Source: Candidatus Omnitrophota bacterium (GTDB lineage Bacteria > Omnitrophota > Gorgyraeia > Zapsychrales > Fredricksoniimonadaceae). Taken from it: a DNA stretch of 64,000 nucleotides. Location: the NCBI GenBank assembly GCA_903860135.1, contig CAIOPG010000017.1, forward strand, positions 75,364-139,363. The letters are read 5' to 3'. Below the pieces are notes generated by a model, which did no database searches, was not told the origin of the DNA, and was given only the letters and a program-made list of their open reading frames with translations. Made by a program: the position numbers and the translations under genes. This document shows positions 61,521 to 64,000 of this stretch, piece after piece (positions within the stretch are counted from its first letter, which is position 1; every line of letters starts with the position of its first letter).

Positions 61521-63843
61521 ACGCTAAATCCAATAATGTTAAACAAAGCCGGACAAAATCCAACCCTGCCGCACGCGCGGCCTTGGGAAGAAGGCTCGTC
61601 GCCGTGAACCCAGGGATGGTATTTATTTCAAGAACATACGGTTGCCCGTCTTCGCCTAAAAGGACATCCACACGGCCAAAACCATCACACCCGACGGCAC
61701 GATACGCCTTCAGCGCTTCGGCCTGCACCAGCAAAGCTGTTTCCGAAGAAAGGTCAGCTGGCACGGTGTAACGGGTATCCTGACTCTTGTACTTGGCCTG
61801 AAAATCAAAAAAACCGTGTGTGTCGCTCGCGCAGATCTCAACCACAGGAAGCACCTGTTCCCCAACAAACCCGACCGTCAACTCCCGGCCTTTCACATAT
61901 TGCTGAACAACAACCTCCTGGCCGTATTCACGCGCCTTCCTCAGCGCGGCCATCAACCCTTCATGATCAACAGCGAGGTTGACGCCAATACTTGACCCTT
62001 CACAGGCCGGCTTGACAACCAGGGGGAATCCGCCAAACGCTTGCGGTGCCCATCCTTTTTCAGGTATGCCGGAACCGCTCAATAATAACGTTTTAGGTGT
62101 AATAATATCATGCGCTTCAAAGATTTGCTGGGTTGCCCCCTTGTGAAAAGCCGCCGCGCTTGCAACCGGGTCACAACCATTATAAGGGATATCGAGTTCT
62201 TCCAGAACTTTCTGTATCCCTCCGTCTTCACCGAACCTGCCATGCAGGGCAATGAAGGCCGTATCAATCTTCTGGTCCCTGATCCATTCCCTGACCTCAT
62301 CATGATTTTCACTGGCAAGGTCAAGCCGCTTCACGTCACAACCTGCCTGGGACAACGCCTCAAAGACAGCGGCTCCCGATCGGAGAGAAACCTCCCGTTC
62401 AGATGAGCACCCGCCCATGATCACGCCCACACAGCCAAACTCCCGCACCTGTGACTGACGTGCCGCCAGACGCTTGGCCAGTTCATCTGAAATATGGGTC
62501 ACATCCCCGGCACCGAGCGTAAGGACAACATCACCCGGACGGACAATCCCAAGCAAATGATCAACGATCCGCCCTTTTTCAAGATGAAGAATATCCAGCG
62601 GCTGTTTTTGACGGATCTTTTCCATCAGCACAGCGGTCGTAATACCCTCGATCGGCTTTTCACTGGCCGCATAGATATCCATAAGGATCAAGTGATCCAC
62701 CCCTCCGAAACAACCGGCAAACCCATCCATCAAGAACTTGGTACGGCTGTAGCGGTGTGGCTGAAAAACGACAATGATACGGCGACGATCTAGCGTAACC
62801 GCCGTCTGCAAAGTCGCCGCGATCTCGGTAGGATGATGCCCGTAATCGTCGATGACAAGGACGCCTCCCGCCTCGCCCTTGTGTTCAAAACGCCGCCGAA
62901 CCCCCCTGAAAGTCTTCAAGGTATCCTCAATGACAGCAAGGTCGATCTTTAAAGCATGACCGAGGGCGATCACCGCGAGCGAATTCTGAACATTATGTTC
63001 CCCGGGAATGCCCAGCTCAAAGCGCTTGATCAATTCTCCTTGATAATGACAATCAAAAGACGAACCAGAAGCTTCCAGACTGATCTTCGAGGCCACCCAC
63101 GCGTTATGCCGGCCGAAGCCATACGTAGTAAAGCGACGGGAACTCGCGGCGACAATGCCGGGAAGATGCTTGTCATCACCGCAAATGATCAGCAGCCCGT
63201 TGGCTACTGTACGATTAACAAACTTCGTATAGGCATCAAAAATATTATCCCAGGTATGATAAAAATCAACATGCTCAAAATCCATGTTAGTAATAATGGA
63301 AAAATGTGGCGAAAAATATAAAAAAGATCCGTCGCTCTCATCCACCTCGGCAACCATGTGCCGGCCGATGCCCAGCGTGGCATTATAATCCCCCTGATGG
63401 ACGATCCCGCCGACAGCCGTCGTCGGCTTCAATCCCGCGTTGATCAACAAATAGGATGCCAGCGAAGAGGTTGTGGTCTTGCCGTGCGCTCCGGCTACGG
63501 TAATGCCAACTTCTTTGTTGACCAGCTGGGCAAGCAGTTCAGCGCGACGCAGGACAGGTATGTGACGGCTGAAAGACTGGAACATCTCAGGATTATCCGC
63601 CTTGACGGCCGAAGAATAAACAACATAATCCGCGCCTTCAATATGGCGGACATCATGCCCGATAAATACGGTGGCTCCATTTTGCCGCAGGCGGCGCGTC
63701 AGCTCACCTTCTTTCTGATCCGACCCACTAACGGTATAACCTTTGGCCAGCATGAGCAGGGCAAGATTCCCCATCCCCATCCCGCCGATACCGATGAAAT
63801 GATAATGTTTTGAATCTTTCCTGTTTTTAACGGCGCGCTTCAT
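61489..63843 (-). CDS. murC-ddl: Bifunctional MurC / D-Ala-D-Ala ligase fusion
   Basis: HFIGIGGMGM, GAHGKTTT, EVDESDGSF, DDYGHHPTE, FQPHRYSR, then GGCSSEREVSLRSG, LHGRFGEDG, GSSIGV, LEINTIPG. Confidence 0.93.
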   Translation of the reverse strand: MKRAVKNRKDSKHYHFIGIGGMGMGNLALLMLAKGYTVSGSDQKEGELTRRLRQNGATVFIGHDVRHIEGADYVVYSSAVKADNPEMFQSFSRHIPVLRRAELLAQLVNKEVGITVAGAHGKTTTSSLASYLLINAGLKPTTAVGGIVHQGDYNATLGIGRHMVAEVDESDGSFLYFSPHFSIITNMDFEHVDFYHTWDNIFDAYTKFVNRTVANGLLIICGDDKHLPGIVAASSRRFTTYGFGRHNAWVASKISLEASGSSFDCHYQGELIKRFELGIPGEHNVQNSLAVIALGHALKIDLAVIEDTLKTFRGVRRRFEHKGEAGGVLVIDDYGHHPTEIAATLQTAVTLDRRRIIVVFQPHRYSRTKFLMDGFAGCFGGVDHLILMDIYAASEKPIEGITTAVLMEKIRQKQPLDILHLEKGRIVDHLLGIVRPGDVVLTLGAGDVTHISDELAKRLAARQSQVREFGCVGVIMGGCSSEREVSLRSGAAVFEALSQAGCDVKRLDLASENHDEVREWIRDQKIDTAFIALHGRFGEDGGIQKVLEELDIPYNGCDPVASAAAFHKGATQQIFEAHDIITPKTLLLSGSGIPEKGWAPQAFGGFPLVVKPACEGSSIGVNLAVDHEGLMAALRKAREYGQEVVVQQYVKGRELTVGFVGEQVLPVVEICASDTHGFFDFQAKYKSQDTRYTVPADLSSETALLVQAEALKAYRAVGCDGFGRVDVLLGEDGQPYVLEINTIPGFTATSLLPKAARAAGLDFVRLCLTLLDLAYGKKKTNTSL

Positions 63844-63898
63844 TCAGACATCTCCCCATTATTTCCTAGACCGGACAACAGCTCCTGTCATCCGCACA

Positions 63899-64000
63899 TT
63901 ATCGTACAATTCCCGCATCGGCCACCCGCAGTAATTCCTCGGCGAGACGTAACGCACCGTCGTTAACAAAGTCATTCTGAAGTATTCTGCGATTTTTATT
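63899..64000 (-). CDS. murG: C-terminus of probable MurG (partial)
   Basis: ...NDGALRLAEELLRV...* directly upstream of murC; inferred from position and weak similarity. Confidence 0.5.
   Translation of the reverse strand, partial: NKNRRILQNDFVNDGALRLAEELLRVADAGIVR

Overview
Bacterial chromosomal window, most likely Candidatus Omnitrophota / PVC superphylum. This is inferred from the conserved-end modular protein family, the MurC-Ddl fusion and the gene content; no database was searched. Almost everything is on the minus strand. (i) 1-4186, iron locus: feoB plus one open frame missed by the ORF track, in which a DtxR-FeoA metalloregulator runs in frame into a TonB-dependent receptor. (ii) Split transketolase. 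(iii) A ~13.5 kb integrase-free defence/accessory island (~6530-19995): rhuM, three dinD copies in different states of collapse, an AAA/PD-(D/E)XK ATPase, an orphan antitoxin-like gene, an AbiE pair, a membrane protein, an internally deleted type III mod with intact res, and a tudor-like gene. It is punctuated by a ~45 bp hairpin repeat at gene 3' ends that supplies several stop codons. (iv) Central metabolism, PTS and translation genes with tRNAs. (v) A 1231-aa secreted modular protein whose AT-rich modules are joined by a 15-bp GC-rich motif. (vi) A complete rrn operon. (vii) Housekeeping genes and the dcw tail murG-murC/ddl-ftsQ-ftsA, with no adjacent murB or ftsZ. Best candidates for new biology: the repeat-delimited cassette array, the DtxR-FeoA-TBDR polyprotein and the modular protein with DNA-level junction motifs.
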